From assembly GCA_051294905.1 (NCBI GenBank), contig CM119374.1, positions 14,136,001 through 14,200,000 on the forward strand: 64,000 nt of DNA, read 5' to 3'. The notes under the pieces were generated by a model, which worked only from the letters and a program-made list of their open reading frames with translations, was not told where the DNA came from and made no database searches. The position numbers were made by a program, and so were the translations under genes. The stretch's first letter is position 1. Every line of letters begins with the position of its first letter. The DNA is from Botryllus schlosseri. Its lineage: Eukaryota. Positions 38,401-53,400 of this stretch are shown here, piece after piece.

Positions 38401-41400
38401 AATGTATGCTACTTGGAATTTTTCTTCGCGCTACGCGTGATTTAATGCCGCACATATTGAGTGTTACATGTGGTCCAGCACCCTCGCAAAAGATGCAATC
38501 AAAAATAAATATAATTACCCATCATTAACAGAAATCAGTCTCATTGTAATCGCAATTATAAGATGATGGTCTATTGGTAAGCGTTTTAGGCCATTCGGAT
38601 GCTTTCGGCAAGGACAGTGATTCTAAACTTGGGGGTCGTTTGCCTTTATTCAGGGGATCGGGAAGATGTTGAACGTAAACAGCTTACAAAGTAAGCGGTG
38701 CGTAAGTCTGGACTAAGGTGCTGACCTTTTTTAGTAATCAGGTTATCAAATTTTGAGCAGGGCGATGGAACATTGAAAATGGAACAGGATGGAAACCAAC
38801 GAATGTGCCACCTGCGGACCATCGTTTCAGCTCATAAATAGTCTTATATGTGTGATATATGAACATGAACAATTCAACATGACTTAACGATGTACAATCA
38901 CGCTCCCTACATTTTCGTTTTCATCCTCCTCCACCAACTCTTCTACCGCTTACTAAGAGCTCTTGAGTGGAGAAAGGATCAAAATTTTATAGTAGGATAA
39001 TACATGGAACAACAAATAGTATCGACAGGATTCACAAAATAGAAGCCATGCACATATGTAGTAACCCCTCAGAAGTTTTCATCAATTACCCTGACGATTT
39101 CACACGATCCGTGAAGAAATCTGTTGAAGACCAAATGAGAATACCACACAGTAATCACCAGGGCTCAGATGAGAGATGGTTTAATTCGGGACCTATGCTC
39201 CACTCCAGTATACAGTCGATAGGCAAAGCTTTGATAGTGTGACGTCATATTGACCGACAATGTATTCATACCTTATTTACAACCCCGCTAGTAGGCGCTA
39301 AAGAGTGGCAGGAATTTGAACCACAAAAATATTGTAACCTTAACTTAAAGTAGCTTTCACATGTCTTGCAAATTGTTACTTGTGCAACAGGATTTCGCTT
39401 ACTCAAGCATAACACCGCCGTCTTTGATTGCTTGGGGCATGTCAGCTGGAGGTATGGTAAGTAAATCTTTCAGATCGTTACCGCTGCTGTAGTAGTCACC
39501 GGAGCCCGTCAACTTCAACACCGATACCTCGTCATCCTTGGCAGCTTGGTTCAGTAAATCGGTGATCTCGTGATACATCTGCCGAAAGTAGGCCTATGTC
39601 AATTGGAAATTGTTCAGAGATTGCAACAGGGCACGATTGAAAACAACAATCACGGTGCCCTTGGGTGCGCCCCTGCAAGTCCAAACTCAAGCAGTTTCTG
39701 TTAAACCAATGCTAGCATCCGTTCTCAGATTGCCAAAATCTTAACACGTCGACTGCACAAAAAACCTGTGCTGGAACATCAATGTTCAGTGTTCAGTGCT
39801 TTTCCTACATTTAAAAGGTATTTCTGTAGGCTATTTCTCATTGAGCGTGCGCTGTGAACAGAGGCAGTCCGTGAAGAAGTACTTCTTTCTTGTAGCAAGC
39901 TTTGCTTACTTGTACCACTTACTCAAGTGGTTAGGTCTTTAGACTATAACTTCTACTTCTATTTGTTGCAGGTTTTGGGGCAAAACTAGGCTAAGAATCC
40001 AAACTTTTTACTACTTTGAAGTCGCTGCTGATACTTGCATTCGAGTTCAAATTTATGTACTTCTACCTCTATTTGAGTATGAAAGATCACTAATTTGATC
40101 ACCTCTGGCTGCGCATGCCTCTTTTGAACATGCCATTCCACCATTATTACAATGTTTGCAGGCCAAGGTGGAAGTTTGTTCGACTTCACCAAGCGGTTTT
40201 GACTCCTTCCTTTTTTTTCATCTAATGCAATTCTAGAGGTATTTTGATTGACGAAACTCCTAAAAAATAATGATTCCAATTCTGACCTGAGTCGTAGAAG
40301 GGTGCGGCCAGTGTGGGTGCTACTAGGAAGGACTCTAATCTTGGTCATCAAATTCTACACGAGGCGACAAACCGCTTAAACTACTGTGAAGTTCTCAAAT
40401 AGCTTTTTAGATACCCTCAATTAGATACCGAATTCAAGATTTTCTAGGATTAGGTACTTTTTGGATTGATTTGCATTATTCTCATCAGTGAAGCTGTCAT
40501 GATAACGGGTATGGAGGTAACTAAAATGTAGTTACAAAAGTAGGCCTACATCTATTTGTGAATCATTTCATCTTCCTGGGTATGACGCCAAATACACATC
40601 AGGCAAATTTGAAATGTGTCACTGGCAATTGACGAACAAATGTCTTCAGAGCTTTGCCCCAATCTAATTCTTCAAACTACCGGTACTTGAGAAATTCTGA
40701 GACTAGGCAGTGGCTATTCTAACAGCCTCTGAGTTCGAGCCCATGATCATATTGCTGAGTTAGCATAAAGTCGTCATAAAAATTGGTTACCTTGATGTTG
40801 ATAGCATTATATCTCTCCGGTCTATTGAGTGTCAACGTCAACAATTTGTCTTTTTTCTCGACTATGATGTCGTTATTTTGAGATGAATAGGAACGAATTC
40901 CCTGTAAATTAAAGCGTAAAAGAAAATCGACTGTCCTTAATCTTATATGCAATTTCTCCACGTACAATCCACAGTCCAAGTTCTGCACAACAATTAACAG
41001 GTGCTATAAAGAGCCGAGCGAGACAGAGTAATGGTGATGCGTCTGGCTTCGATCCCCGGCGGGGTCAGACCAAAGGCTCGAAAATTGGTATCAGCAGCTG
41101 TCCTGCTAGGCGCTCAGCAGTCACGGATAGCATGGAGGAGAAAAAAAAAACGGGAGTGCATACTAGGCGACCTTATTATGGCTGTATTGCATCTCCGTCG
41201 TCAAAGCATCTCGATGGTGCAGGCGAAAAAGAATTTATACATCTCTCCGCTATAAAGTAGGGTTCCCATATATTTAGATAGGGAGAGGAGTACACTTTTC
41301 ACAGGCTTCAAAAGTTACTGGCGAGGAAGAGAAAACTGGTGATTTTTATATTTATACAGGGAACTTCATTGGGTTGACTAAAAAAGGTCATTTCTCGATT

Positions 41401-42257
41401 TTGCCTCCCTGAATACCCACCTCTAACTTGTGTCGGGCAATTTGACTACAAAATCGTTGTTTTTTTTTTATCTCTACTGCCAAATTACCCGTTTCTCGTC
41501 AACTAGGCCCACATTTCGAGTTATTTCTGGTCTTTTAAGCTAAAAAGGATGACATAAAGGACATTTGGGAAAAGGGAGGACATTTCTTGAAAAAGGAGAA
41601 CAAATCCAACTAACAGAGAACGTATGGTAGTCCTACATAAAGGTAAGCAAGAATGATTGCACAATTTCACCTGCATAGATAAGGGTTTTTCACTTTGCCT
41701 CAGTACAGAAGATAGTGTTTTTCCGCATATTCTGAAACGATACGAGAAACTTCGATTACCAAATAACAGTGATGTTGTCCATTTGTGATACAGGCATTGA
41801 AAAGCGATTTTGCCAAGGCAGAATTTGTACTAATTGTCATGTCCATGAGATTTGATACATGCGAGCAGTGTTGGGTTGATCTGAAACCAGATCTCATGTG
41901 CTGATTCCTTAAGGAAAGCTCATTGAAGTGTGGCACTTTCTATTTCAAACTAGAAGGACTAACACTATGTGAGGAATATTGAGGCAAATTTGGCCGAGAC
42001 ATATTGTTTTATAGCATTATTATAGAATTCATACAATTACTTGTAGCTGAGTACCAACTAGGACTACTTCGACTACATCTGAGCTGCAACCTTTACCGTT
42101 CAAGTGACGAATTAATTACATAACTTGCGATCAGATCAACTGGGCAAAATTATCACCCACCCACTATGGAGCACATCAAGATCGGTATTGATTAGTATAT
42201 ACAATCTCACCTTACCACTGATCCACAGCACGTACGAAGATACACAGAAGAGATCAT
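35421..42257 (-). CDS. ECI2: Enoyl-CoA delta isomerase 2-like crotonase-fold protein, 296 aa, without ACBP domain
   Basis: Seven phase-consistent exons: 42257-42211, 41731-41671, 40901-40791, 39578-39403, 37244-37034, 35903-35763, 35564-35421 (891 nt). Motifs [76 protein letters not shown]. The first two exons are less certain and rest on phase plus presequence-like composition. Confidence 0.88.
37344..37710. repeat. Degenerate ~40-45-bp minisatellite in an ECI2 intron
   Basis: About 8 variants of AATTAGATTAGAATTAGAATTATAGCTACACAGTTTTTGCCA. Confidence 0.85.
41010..41160 (+). mobile_element. tRNA-derived SINE fragment
   Basis: B-box-like GCTTCGATCCCCGG followed by GGTCAGACCAAAG..AAAATTGGTATCAGCAGCTGTCCTGCTAGGCGCTCAGCA, resembling recalled central domains of marine-invertebrate SINEs. 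Confidence 0.55.
41258..41635. mobile_element. Degenerate Blackjack-like hAT MITE in an ECI2 intron
   Basis: TIR TAGGGTTCCCATA / TATGGTAGTCCTA; near-matching flanks CTATAAAG / CATAAAG; AGGACA subterminal motifs as in 24161-24601. Confidence 0.65.
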
Positions 42258-44492
42258 TTTAAAAACATGCGTGGTTGCGTATAGGCAGATTTATTACTTA
42301 TGCTACACTGAATAACGACAACGGAATATGTTAGCGCAAGAAAAGTACTGAAATTAAGCAATCACAATGATACAACGTTGTAGCAAATAGGAAATTCCAG
42401 GCAGGTTTAATCTCATGACATATCTCCAACTTTGTAAATATTCACAGATTGTAAAGGTGCAGGTATTGAGAATTGACGAAATGAGTGCTACAAATGCCCA
42501 ATAACCTAATAAATAATAAGTTAAATAAAGTTAATCCATGATCAACTGGTAAGAGTTGGTCGACTTGATGTATATTGGTGACGAAAACATAGATATGTTC
42601 AATTTGTTCATATTGCATATTATGTTCCAGTAACATTGTTCCATACGCAATTGACTTAGTACCAGACGGTCTTTAACCTTCGACAAGCTTTCAAAAGCGT
42701 ACCATAACTTTTATAATACAACTCGATGTCATCGATTTTTGTATACAGAGGTGAGCAACTGAGTGCCAGGATGGCTCTATTTGTGCTGCAACTCCAACAG
42801 TATCATTTTCATCAAATTTTGGACTGTTTTTATGTAGGCTGATTTTCACGCAAATGTGAAACTAATTCCCTTGAATAAGAACAACGAAACCACAGTGAAA
42901 ACCCAGATAATGGTCACAATCAACCTAATTATTCGGATATAATCAGCATAGCAATTGCATTCTACCTCGAGTACGGTGCAATATAGATAGAAAAAAGATT
43001 AAGTGATGTGTCACATCATCAAAATTTCAAATTCAATACACAATGACCTCAATAGATACAATCTCTGGTAGTGCTTATAAAGCAATGCATGAATATAACA
43101 CTTGATAGCTGGTGTGACATCATTAAAAATATAAAGTGGTAAAGTACAGATGCAAAGTGTAAATGATGCATATACGGACAAAGCAATATAACGAGGCAAA
43201 GAGGAACGAAGTAAACTTTTGAATTATTGTACGATAAACTTCCAATTTTAGTAATTTATCGCAGTCATAGGATTCGAAGTTTCAATCCAAGTCCAGGCAA
43301 TATATATTTCATTATTTGAGCAAGCTCATAGGCAATATGAAGTCCACATTACGGGTGATGCCGAATGGTTGTCCTTGACACTACACAAGGTGCTGTTTTC
43401 CTATTCTTAGCAATCTCATCACAGCGGGCCCATTGCAAGCATCATTTCAAAGTAACTAACATTTGATTTCACGCTACTGCGCAATAACAGTCTTTCACAG
43501 TTGCAATATCAGGTAATAATCGAATATGGCTATATGAGAGTGATCACTAATCAGACAATTGAACATTACTATTATAAGTGCATCAGACTGTCTGAACAAA
43601 TTTCTACCCTTGCGAGCAATATACAAATTCCTGGCACAAAACAGACTAGTAACGCCCAGCAAGGCCCTTGAGAGGAGTAGAGCTTATCGACGGTTGAAAA
43701 AAGTCGGCCTGCTCTGTGGGCAAAACATCATTGCTGACGCTGGGCCGGAGCTCCATCACTTCGTTGCCAGTGCAAATACCTGCAATGCATTCAAAGGCTG
43801 TATTGACGTACTCAAAGGAAGTTATGACTGCTTCTACTTGCACAACTTACTCTAGTGGTTATGTTTCAGAGTACTGCCACTTCTACCTGAACACATTTTT
43901 AGGCAAAAACTTTGGCTTTTGAAAAGTAGAAAGTGATTCAGTGTGCATAAACTGTATGATTGAAATTGACATAAGAACCGCGTGAAATTGCTCCTGTATC
44001 ATGGTAATTGGAGATATTTTCAAGATTTTGCCTATGTGTGATGTCATCAGTAGGGTGATTTTGCACTAAAATATGAAAATCTTGACAATAAGAACTAATA
44101 TTTTACTCGTTTTTAGGTGTGTTGATCATCACGCCATGTCGATTTATTTGTTTAAATTAGATGGTTTAAGATTCACACTGAGTAGACAACGGGCCGTCTA
44201 CAACAGTAGGTCCTTACAGTAGGCTACAGGGTGTAAAATGTCAATTGATAAGTTCACCGACAGTGCAGCCTCTAACAAAATGCAATTTGCAAAAAAAATT
44301 GACATTGTAGACAATTTTGACTAAATAATCACCCTATTCATCGGTCATTTTGCCTTTCTTGATTACGCTGACCACCTCTGATTAGTGCATAATTTCACAC
44401 TGCATGTCGTAACCCCTGCTTTGGTGCTTCATATCCATGGTTAACAATCCCTCCTCCACAGGACTTCACTTTGCACCGAAGAATGCTTGCAA

Positions 44493-47400
44493 TCAATGGA
44501 ATAAAATCGAACCTGAGTGCGACGAATTCGAAATTACACGCGACGTGTCCGCGGTCGTTCCGTAATCCACTTCGTCTTCATGCAATATATGATGAGAGTT
44601 TGCCAGGAATCGCGGCCCGCATTTCACGTAAAGCAAATTGATGGTCACGAGCACGGCGAGCCAAATCCCCCACTGTACAAGAATCAAATGCCTTCGAGTA
44701 AACACAATCTGTAACCTTCCGACAAGTAGAAATACCGGTACCATCTTCAATTTACATGACACATCAAAACTAATTCAAGCGAAAGGTCTGAAGATTTATT
44801 TGACTAGTTTAAAAAAGCAAATTTGGTCATAGGATGCAAAATGCTTACTGACACAACGTTAATAAACATTTTATCAGTAATAAAACTAAACCGGTGTCGA
44901 TGAAAATCGAAATTATGAAGGTTTTACTTACGTTTTGGGTAAGATAAGGCCATGAGGCAAGAGTACAGGTACTATGTTGATATTTTAAGCCAAGAAAAAA
45001 ATAATGAAAATTTTGATGCTTTTTTTAAATTTTGACTTGCTAGTCCCCTTAAGTAAGTTGGAAAAACCTACTTAAGGAAAAACCTACTTAGGTGAGTCTC
45101 TGAGAAAGTAGAAGTAGGCCTACATTTGTTACTGACCAACTCCGGACAATAAAGTGATGTAATGTGATCTCACTTGCAGCAATGCGGACATCAAGCTTTC
45201 GCCAGTGACGTAGTACCACGGATTGTCCTCGTCCCCGGCGGCTTGCACGATCCACCAAACCAACAGACAGGCCAGCTCGACAGGTATTACCACCCAGACA
45301 ATGGCGTTCCAGATTTTGGGCAGCCTCCAATCTCTGCCGTCACCGAATTCGTTGACGGCCACCGTTCTGAACTTGTCAACGCCGAATCTGACCAAGATTA
45401 GTTACTCGACAACAAAATTCCACTCAATACATTAAACACAAATGCGAATACACTAAAGCATTTTTTTGCGCTGATTCTGAATCTGGCTTTCCTTTTTGGA
45501 GAGTTAACAGGGTGTTTTCACTAGTCTTAAAATAAGCTTTCCAGCTACTCTCACACCCACGACAATATTATTAAGAATGAATCAGGATGATCGATTTGCA
45601 TCATCTTCATGAGTGACATCGTCACGATAAAGGTTGCAAAAGAACATCTATTTGTGAAGAGTTTGCGGCAGTATCGCTAGAAATGAACGTGGTTTGCGTA
45701 ACTTGCATATTACAGAGTACGCTGGCCTTTCTCCTATATTGCACATATCCACACCGCTATGAAATAACAATGTCATATCACGTCATCTCAATTCACGCAT
45801 GGCATAGGCTATAAACTAACGGCTATCGAATATTGATAGTGACTGGTATGATCGTACATTCGTACTGCTTGAATAAACTATCCTTACAATACATCTCACA
45901 AACTGCCAGTCAAGAATTAAACGAGACGAGTATATCAGCTACTGCAAGTTCAGTTTATTTGTAAGTTGATACATCGAGATGCAATTCAGACTCGATATAC
46001 TATTGTATAGAATGTATAGCCTTATAATTTGTATTTTCCTAATTAGCTGATCTCAAAATATCCCAGGATTGAGGAGTAAAAATCCCGGGATTTCAAATTT
46101 GAACCTGAAATCCCAACCCTAGTTTTGTGTAGGCCGGGCGCATGGATTCAATTAATGTGCTGATTCATTGAAAATGCTAATAAATTTCGATCTGAGTTGG
46201 TCGATACCTATATCTCTACAGAGACAGATACAATTCAAGCTCTAGTCGTAATTTGTGGACACCATTGCGAAAAAACTCCATCGGGCAGCACAATTCTCTC
46301 ACCGTATCATCAGAAACACGAACATCCCGCCGCTGATCAAAATAGCCGATCCCCACACATAATCCTGATTCACGAGGAAGTCGATGTTCAACGAACTGCC
46401 GAGTCCAAGCAGGATAAGAAAGCCGCAGATTAGCGGCACTCCGTATTTACGGGGCACTAAATTAGTCAAATGATATTCATAATAGTTAGGCATATTCAAT
46501 TTATACCTAACCATAGGTAGTCAGTAACGAAGTAGGCCTATTACTGCTTGTTCGTGGGTATTCGAGTCAGCATTGCTCGCTGAAGTGGTTATGATGTTTG
46601 ATCACATCCACGTCTAGTCTATTAGGCGAAACTATTTACTTTTTAGGCTTTGTAATGTAGGAAGTAGCTTTGGGAATGATTCTGTCATGGTCATGAGTGA
46701 AATTGTCATAACGACTGCGCCCCTGCATCAAGGTAGCTGTGTATATATTCGAAAATAGCAAGAATTTGTAGTGTCATTAGACATTTTGCAATAGTCATGA
46801 AGATCCACCCTTCAATTTTAAAAGTAGAGACCTTCGATTGTCTACTGAAAGTAGGCTTATGTTGCGTTTCTACCAAATTTACTTTCATTTGCAGCAGATT
46901 CTATATATATCTTGGAAATGTTTACTCTTACTTGCACTCAAATATAATGTTGTGACATTACTTCTACTTGAGTGTTAATGATACCTTCTGGTACCTCTAG
47001 TCAAGAATTACAATCAGAGACGCTATCTATAGTCTTACGAGAATTGAGAGCTACGGTGCATTGATATTTGTGCGGCTTATCAGCCTATCCAGTTCGATGA
47101 GACAGGCATTGAGAATAGGAACCGAAATAAAAGAGAATAGCCGGTGTCTTTAAACCCACCTTTCAAGTCTTCTAACTGATGGGCCGCCGTCTCGATCATG
47201 CTGACTTGCGACGAAAACCCAGCTATGAAGAGACACAAGAAGAAAACGACTACGAGGCCACGCCCGCCAGACACCCCCGTGAACAGTATTGGAATCCTGG
47301 ACCGTTTAAAAATATCCAAACCATTCAACCTACGAGATGTTTCAAACACGGTGTCTTACCAGACAAAAGTAAGGCCCGTGTTCGCTGGGCCATTGTATCG

Positions 47401-50400
47401 AAACGTGTCCAAAATGTTATTCACGGTGTATCCGGGATGAATTGTGCTCTGAATTTGATTTTATTGTTAAATTCTTCGGTTATAGGATGTGGTGACGGGG
47501 CGCAGTCTTACCATAGCGGAAAAAACGGTAGAGAAAATAGTGATCACCATCAGCAAGCTCATGAAATTGTTGATGGCCGGAATGCAAGTGCTGTATCTGA
47601 AATCGGGGAAAAAGTTTACTCATGTGTCAAATTGATCGGCTGGTAAAATGAATATTCTCCAAGTTCGGAGTGATACAAATTAGGAGCGGTTTCGAAGCTA
47701 GGTTCCGCCACCGCTATTACCAGATCAATTTTGCAATAATCGGAACAGTACCAAGATTACACATCCAAGCTACACAAACCCCATTTATAATGTAAGACTC
47801 AGCACTGACTGAAAAACATGATAGCATCAAAAGTATCACTGCTAAGACTGTTTCTGAATTTGGTGGCGAAATATCCAAGAGCTGAAAATGTACGTTCAGC
47901 CCTAACAGACTTTATAATGTATAGATACCACTTCCCAGTTTATCACACTAATGAGCAGTGTTCAAAGCAATCAGCTGATAAAGCTACTTTAAACCATAAT
48001 AAGCTATATGGCAATGCATCAGCTTTTGTACACGTTTCAGAGTAAAAGATTTCGATGGAAATAATCTAGTGATTTGTGTGGTTGACTCTGATCCCTACAA
48101 AAGGGCTGTCTAGTGAAACGAATATGATGATTTCACACAGAAAAATGCCGGAAACCCCACCCGAAAACGCCTTTCTACTTTACTCAATACAAAGTAATTT
48201 GGTTATGTAAATTATCGAGTTAAGAGGGAAAGTGGTTGAAACAAATTTAGGTACTCAAATAGTATGGAGACCTGAAGAGCTCCAGGACCATGTTACGTTA
48301 GCATCATGTCCATACAATATCAGTCGAGCACAAAAGCTCTTACTTTACAACGCCGTGTTCTCTGCGCATGTACGACGCGTAAACCAACAGCGTCCCAGAT
48401 CCTGCGCCTGTGTCCCAAGCATTTTGAGTCATGGCCTCAATCCAGGTGTTAGGTCTTGCAAATACAGCTATACAAAGAGAGAAAGAGAGTTTATAAAGGT
48501 GTCAGCATTAGAATCACAAAAATGTTCGCATAACAAGTAGGCCTACTCCTGGACTACAACAAAAACAAGTGAAGGTATTATTGGTTTCATGCTGAAACTA
48601 TCTCTATATTTTGAATTTGGTTGGCTCCTGATGAGAGTTGGATGAAAAGTGGATAATTTCAGCAATGTGAATATATTGTTTGTTACGATATACCTCAAGT
48701 AACCTGTATAAAAATATAAACTACAGTATTAGCCTTCATGGCATTATATTCAATATTTTTTTTAAATCGAAGCGGTTAGATTCAATTTTAATAACAAATT
48801 ATGATATGTATTATTACTGCAACAAACGCTGCATGTTATTTTAACATTCTTATGGCCTGAAAATAAGACTTAAGAAACTGCTGTAGCTAGTTTATTGTGT
48901 CAACATGACTGTATCATACCCCAGTCCATTGAAAACAGATGCCTTATACCGAGCCACGCTTTTGGCAGAGTCAACGAATAGAAAAACGTGCCAATCATGA
49001 GTACGAGCAGCACTGGAACCATACCCAACATGATAGGCTCGATTGATCTAACTCCTGAAAGAGAGAAATTCCGTGTTGAAATTCTGTATTGGCAGCTCCA
49101 TTTAAAGTGCAGAGAAAACTGCAAACCAAATTCAAGTTGGACAATCTGGACATCCACACAACTCTTGTCGCCATTTTCAGTCGTCGCCAAGTGTTTTCAC
49201 TCCCAGTAATATGTATTTAGACACTGTTAATGTAGAAACTAGATTATTATCGACCCCAACTTACCTGCGAAAACGCAGGCTCCACTCAGTATAACCACAG
49301 CTGCTTGTAGGAAAACAGGCCATTTTGTATTGGTGGTGAAATCGTAGAAAACTGCCTGGCTCGATGTAACATCGGCCGGTAGAGGATGAACGATGTAGTA
49401 AAAGACGTGATAGACGCACCAGCCACATATTGCTGCGTAATAGGCTCTGAAATGTATCGGCATGAGGGGTGAGTGTGCAATCACTGTAAGCAGACATTTA
49501 ACAGCATAAATGATCATAACTTGATATAATTGATGAAAAGAAAGGGACAAGGGAGAGTTTCCATTCAGGTGCTTTGATGGTGGTCATGAACCGCAAGGTT
49601 ATCGAATCAGTACCACCATATTTTCAGTTTATGTAATATGAGACACGGGGCAAGATGAGACATGCAATTTTTTCACAGAAAAATTTTCTGATGGACATTT
49701 TCATTCAACTATGTTGTTTCCATATTGTCATTCTATAGTCCTACCATATTAACCCTTTGCGACCGGCGGACCAGTATACTGGTCCTCGATCGTTTAACAC
49801 GGAGGAGTCGTTGTTTATTCTAAGATAGCTCGACCTGCATTACTTCGTAAACTGTAACAATCGATCTATATGGATAGTTATTATGAATACGCATACATAA
49901 GACCATGTACAACCTATTATATCAATGTATATCCTGCTTGAAATGCAGATTGAACACGCAAAAACGTTTCCCGCAAAAGTGAATTTGTAATGATGTTCGC
50001 GTGAATGAACGCCTGGAATATAAACCATTGTATCTTTCGTTCTAGACGTCATATTACCAATTACAGTTATCTTCTATGACTTGTTTTGTGTCATACTATT
50101 CTATGAAAGTCCTTATATCGAAGATTAGCACGTAGAGATGCTTCAAATCGACGTGAAAGAAAGCAATAGCTTGTTACGTGAAAATCATGGCTGCGTAAGT
50201 TCATCCGACTCGTTGCGGCTTCAAACAGATGTACAATTGCTTCAGGCAATTGCAAATTGTACATATTATGGTTGGCCATTATCCTGGCATATTCATCAAT
50301 ATCCCTATCATGGGGTTTAGTATTGTATAAGAAAGCCGACACCAGCCCTAACACTACAAAAATAAGCGTGAGAGTTAGGCTATTTGGTACCAGATCCTGT

Positions 50401-53400
50401 AATAACAACATCATATAGAGGCAGTTATATATCGGTTTAGATGGCACACGAAGTAACTGTTGGCTTCTATGACTACTGTTGATCATACATGGAACATTAG
50501 CCGTGTAGGATACAGTTCAAATTGATGTGAAATAAAGCAATAATGTATCACATGAAATGACTTCTCGAGCGTATATGGGCACTGGGCAGTGTCGAATAAG
50601 CCAATATGTGTATACTTACGAATCCGTTATGCAGTTGCAAGTTACATATAACAAGCCACTGGGGTTGATACCACTTCAATAGCATGGAGATATATAAAAT
50701 AGTTACTATGTTATGTAGAATTGGAAGGTAATTGCCTTCCGCGAGATTACGCGATTACGTAATCGATTACTCATCGGCGGCGGCCGCGTGATTCGGCTTA
50801 TCATGTCGTATCAGTGGTCTACCTTTCCAAGATCGTAGCGCTGGGCTATGAAGTGCTATAGTAGCGTGTAATGTCTCGTTGGAACGTAGAGATTCATGCG
50901 AAACGCAATCAGGTGGTCATATACCAAGATAGGGCCTAAGTGTGACGTCAGGAGATATAGAAGAACAAAATTGTATTTTATTTTCAAGAAATCGAGAACA
51001 TTTCCTCGCACACCGCTATTCCCACTGGCGTCTGAGCCGTAAGAGTATCTCAGACCGCCAGGCGGCTACTTCAGGTTTACGGCAATATATCGGGCGTCGA
51101 TTTAAGCCACATGGATGACATTTTATCGTCTTTTTTGTGGATGCAGTAAAATTTTGGTCAGTAGGCCGGCCGATTAGAAAGGGTTAACAAGCGAAACAGA
51201 TCTGAGGTTGGGCAGAAAAATGCCGTAAACTATATTTTCATAGTCTATGTCAGTTATGTGAATTCATGTTTGTAAGGGCATACCTATCATAGTACTTCAT
51301 ATTATAAAACAACATTACTGGAGCTGGTTGAGTGCAATATTAGCAGTGTAATCATGCACTTACCTCTGAAAAGTAACGGACAGAATTTCTTTTAATCAAG
51401 TTTATACGATAATTTAGGTGTGGGGGTAAGATGAGACAAAACCTTGGGGGTAAGTTGAGACATGGGTATAAGAGGGCTTTTCTATTGAAGGCCTCACAAT
51501 ATTCAAAATTTACTGTTGAAGGCACACAAATTGTATTATTTATCTAGTAGTTGACCAGATGTGACATTACAAGACAAAATAATGACGAAACTCTTATTGT
51601 TGCTGGATCCCATGGATAATTGGTTTTCGATGTCATTTAAATTCGTACATGATGTATAAATTCTTTTTAAAAGTGAAATATTTCCTGATTATTATATTTT
51701 ATGCACGATGTTGCTAGTTGATTCATCATTTGGGATGAATTGGTGGTGTAATGAGCAAGAATTGCTTGGTGTCTCATCTTGAACACAGTGTGTCTCCTCT
51801 TACCCTCACCTGGGGGTAAGTTGAGACATTTTAGCAAGGATTTTTACAGGCCAAGAAATCCATAAGTATGTTGTTCAATATAACTCAAGCCATAGTCATA
51901 AATAGTACAGATCACAGGCTTTCCATTGGTACAAAAATTAATCCTCAGAAGGCATTACTCTTTGAGTGGCGATGAATTATCAGAAAAGTGTCTCATCTTG
52001 GCCTCCTCTCCCCTATAGTTGCATATAGGGTAGGGCAAGAGGTAGACCAACCAAACTTGGTGTCATGTCTAATTGACTATTTCAAACTACAAACTCGGCA
52101 TGAGTCGCAGAAGTGATTTATGTCACTTGATCAGAATGCTGCCTACAGGATATGCCCCATTCAGGATAGCACGGGAGTATAATAAAAATAAGACGTTTAT
52201 TCACTGAAATGCTGCATTGCTGCATGAAGGCCGACCTCATATTTGAGAAGAGAAATACTGTGTTAGTGTGCAAGAGAAATGCCGAAGCCGTTTCATCCAT
52301 CATGTTTGCTGGACCTTCCAGTGATGAAGTGCAATTACCGTTATATTCACTTTGAACTTAAGGTTTAGCTCAACTTAAATGGAAATGCAATTGTTGTTGT
52401 AAGCAGTGGTTATGCGCGTGCTACATATGAGATACATATGACTGATATTAGTCACTACATCTCTGTTATGCATCATGATTACAAAATAGTCTGTGATAAG
52501 CATGACACACAAATATCAGCATTATTTCAACACTTCCCACCTGTATCTACAAATACACGGATAGCGCAAAAACTCACGCGATGCATATCGTAACAAAGCC
52601 AATGAAAGCTCCGCACCACATCGTGTATTTCCCGCCGAGCTTTTTGAAAGTCAGTATGGAAGCTGACTTTGAAAATCTACCCGCTCCATATTCAATCACA
52701 AGCACAGGGATGGACCAGGTAAACAGGAAGAATATCCACACAATGATAAAACCCAATGATCCTGAAAATATCATGGAACATGCTTTGTCGAAATTACTTG
52801 CTGATGGCTGATTGTGGCAAGAAGTTGATGGAGAAGGATTTAGTCTTACAGACTACAATTCACAGCAGATAATATGAAAAATCAGTTAATAGACCTATTC
52901 TGTTTCACACAGGGTTGTAATGACTCGAGTCATTTTTTCAAATGCATAAAATGACTCGAGGCTACGACAGCCATTTCACTGTAACTCTGAAGAATACTCT
53001 AGTAAAGCTGCCACATTATTGGTATTTTGTCTATCAGTCGTGACTGATACTTGGAAAGTAGGGCCAGAAACTGCTAAGACCGAGGACAATTACCATGTTA
53101 TGAATGCAAACCATTCTATATCACTCGAGCAGAGTTGAAAAAATTGGGCTGAAACGGATTGAACTGAAAACTGAACATAATGACTTTGACTTGAAGTCAA
53201 CCCTCTACCGACTGACTTGGACTTGTCTCGGTGATGAATTGAAAATGACTCAAGAGTCAAAACTATAAAAGTGAAATTGACTTGTGACTTGGCTACAACC
53301 CTGGTTCCCGGCGAGGGTACGGTTATGCCAGGTGGGCACAACTATCCTAGACCTATATATTGGTAATAGATTTAGACACCATACAACTACTTTTACACCG

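Noticed and set aside
43559-43922. Overlapping ORFs between SLC6 and ECI2 considered as the ECI2 ACBP exon
   Set aside because: No ACBP motif (LY..YKQAT.G) in any frame and no compatible splice phases; a complete presequence-type 5' end was found at 42257.
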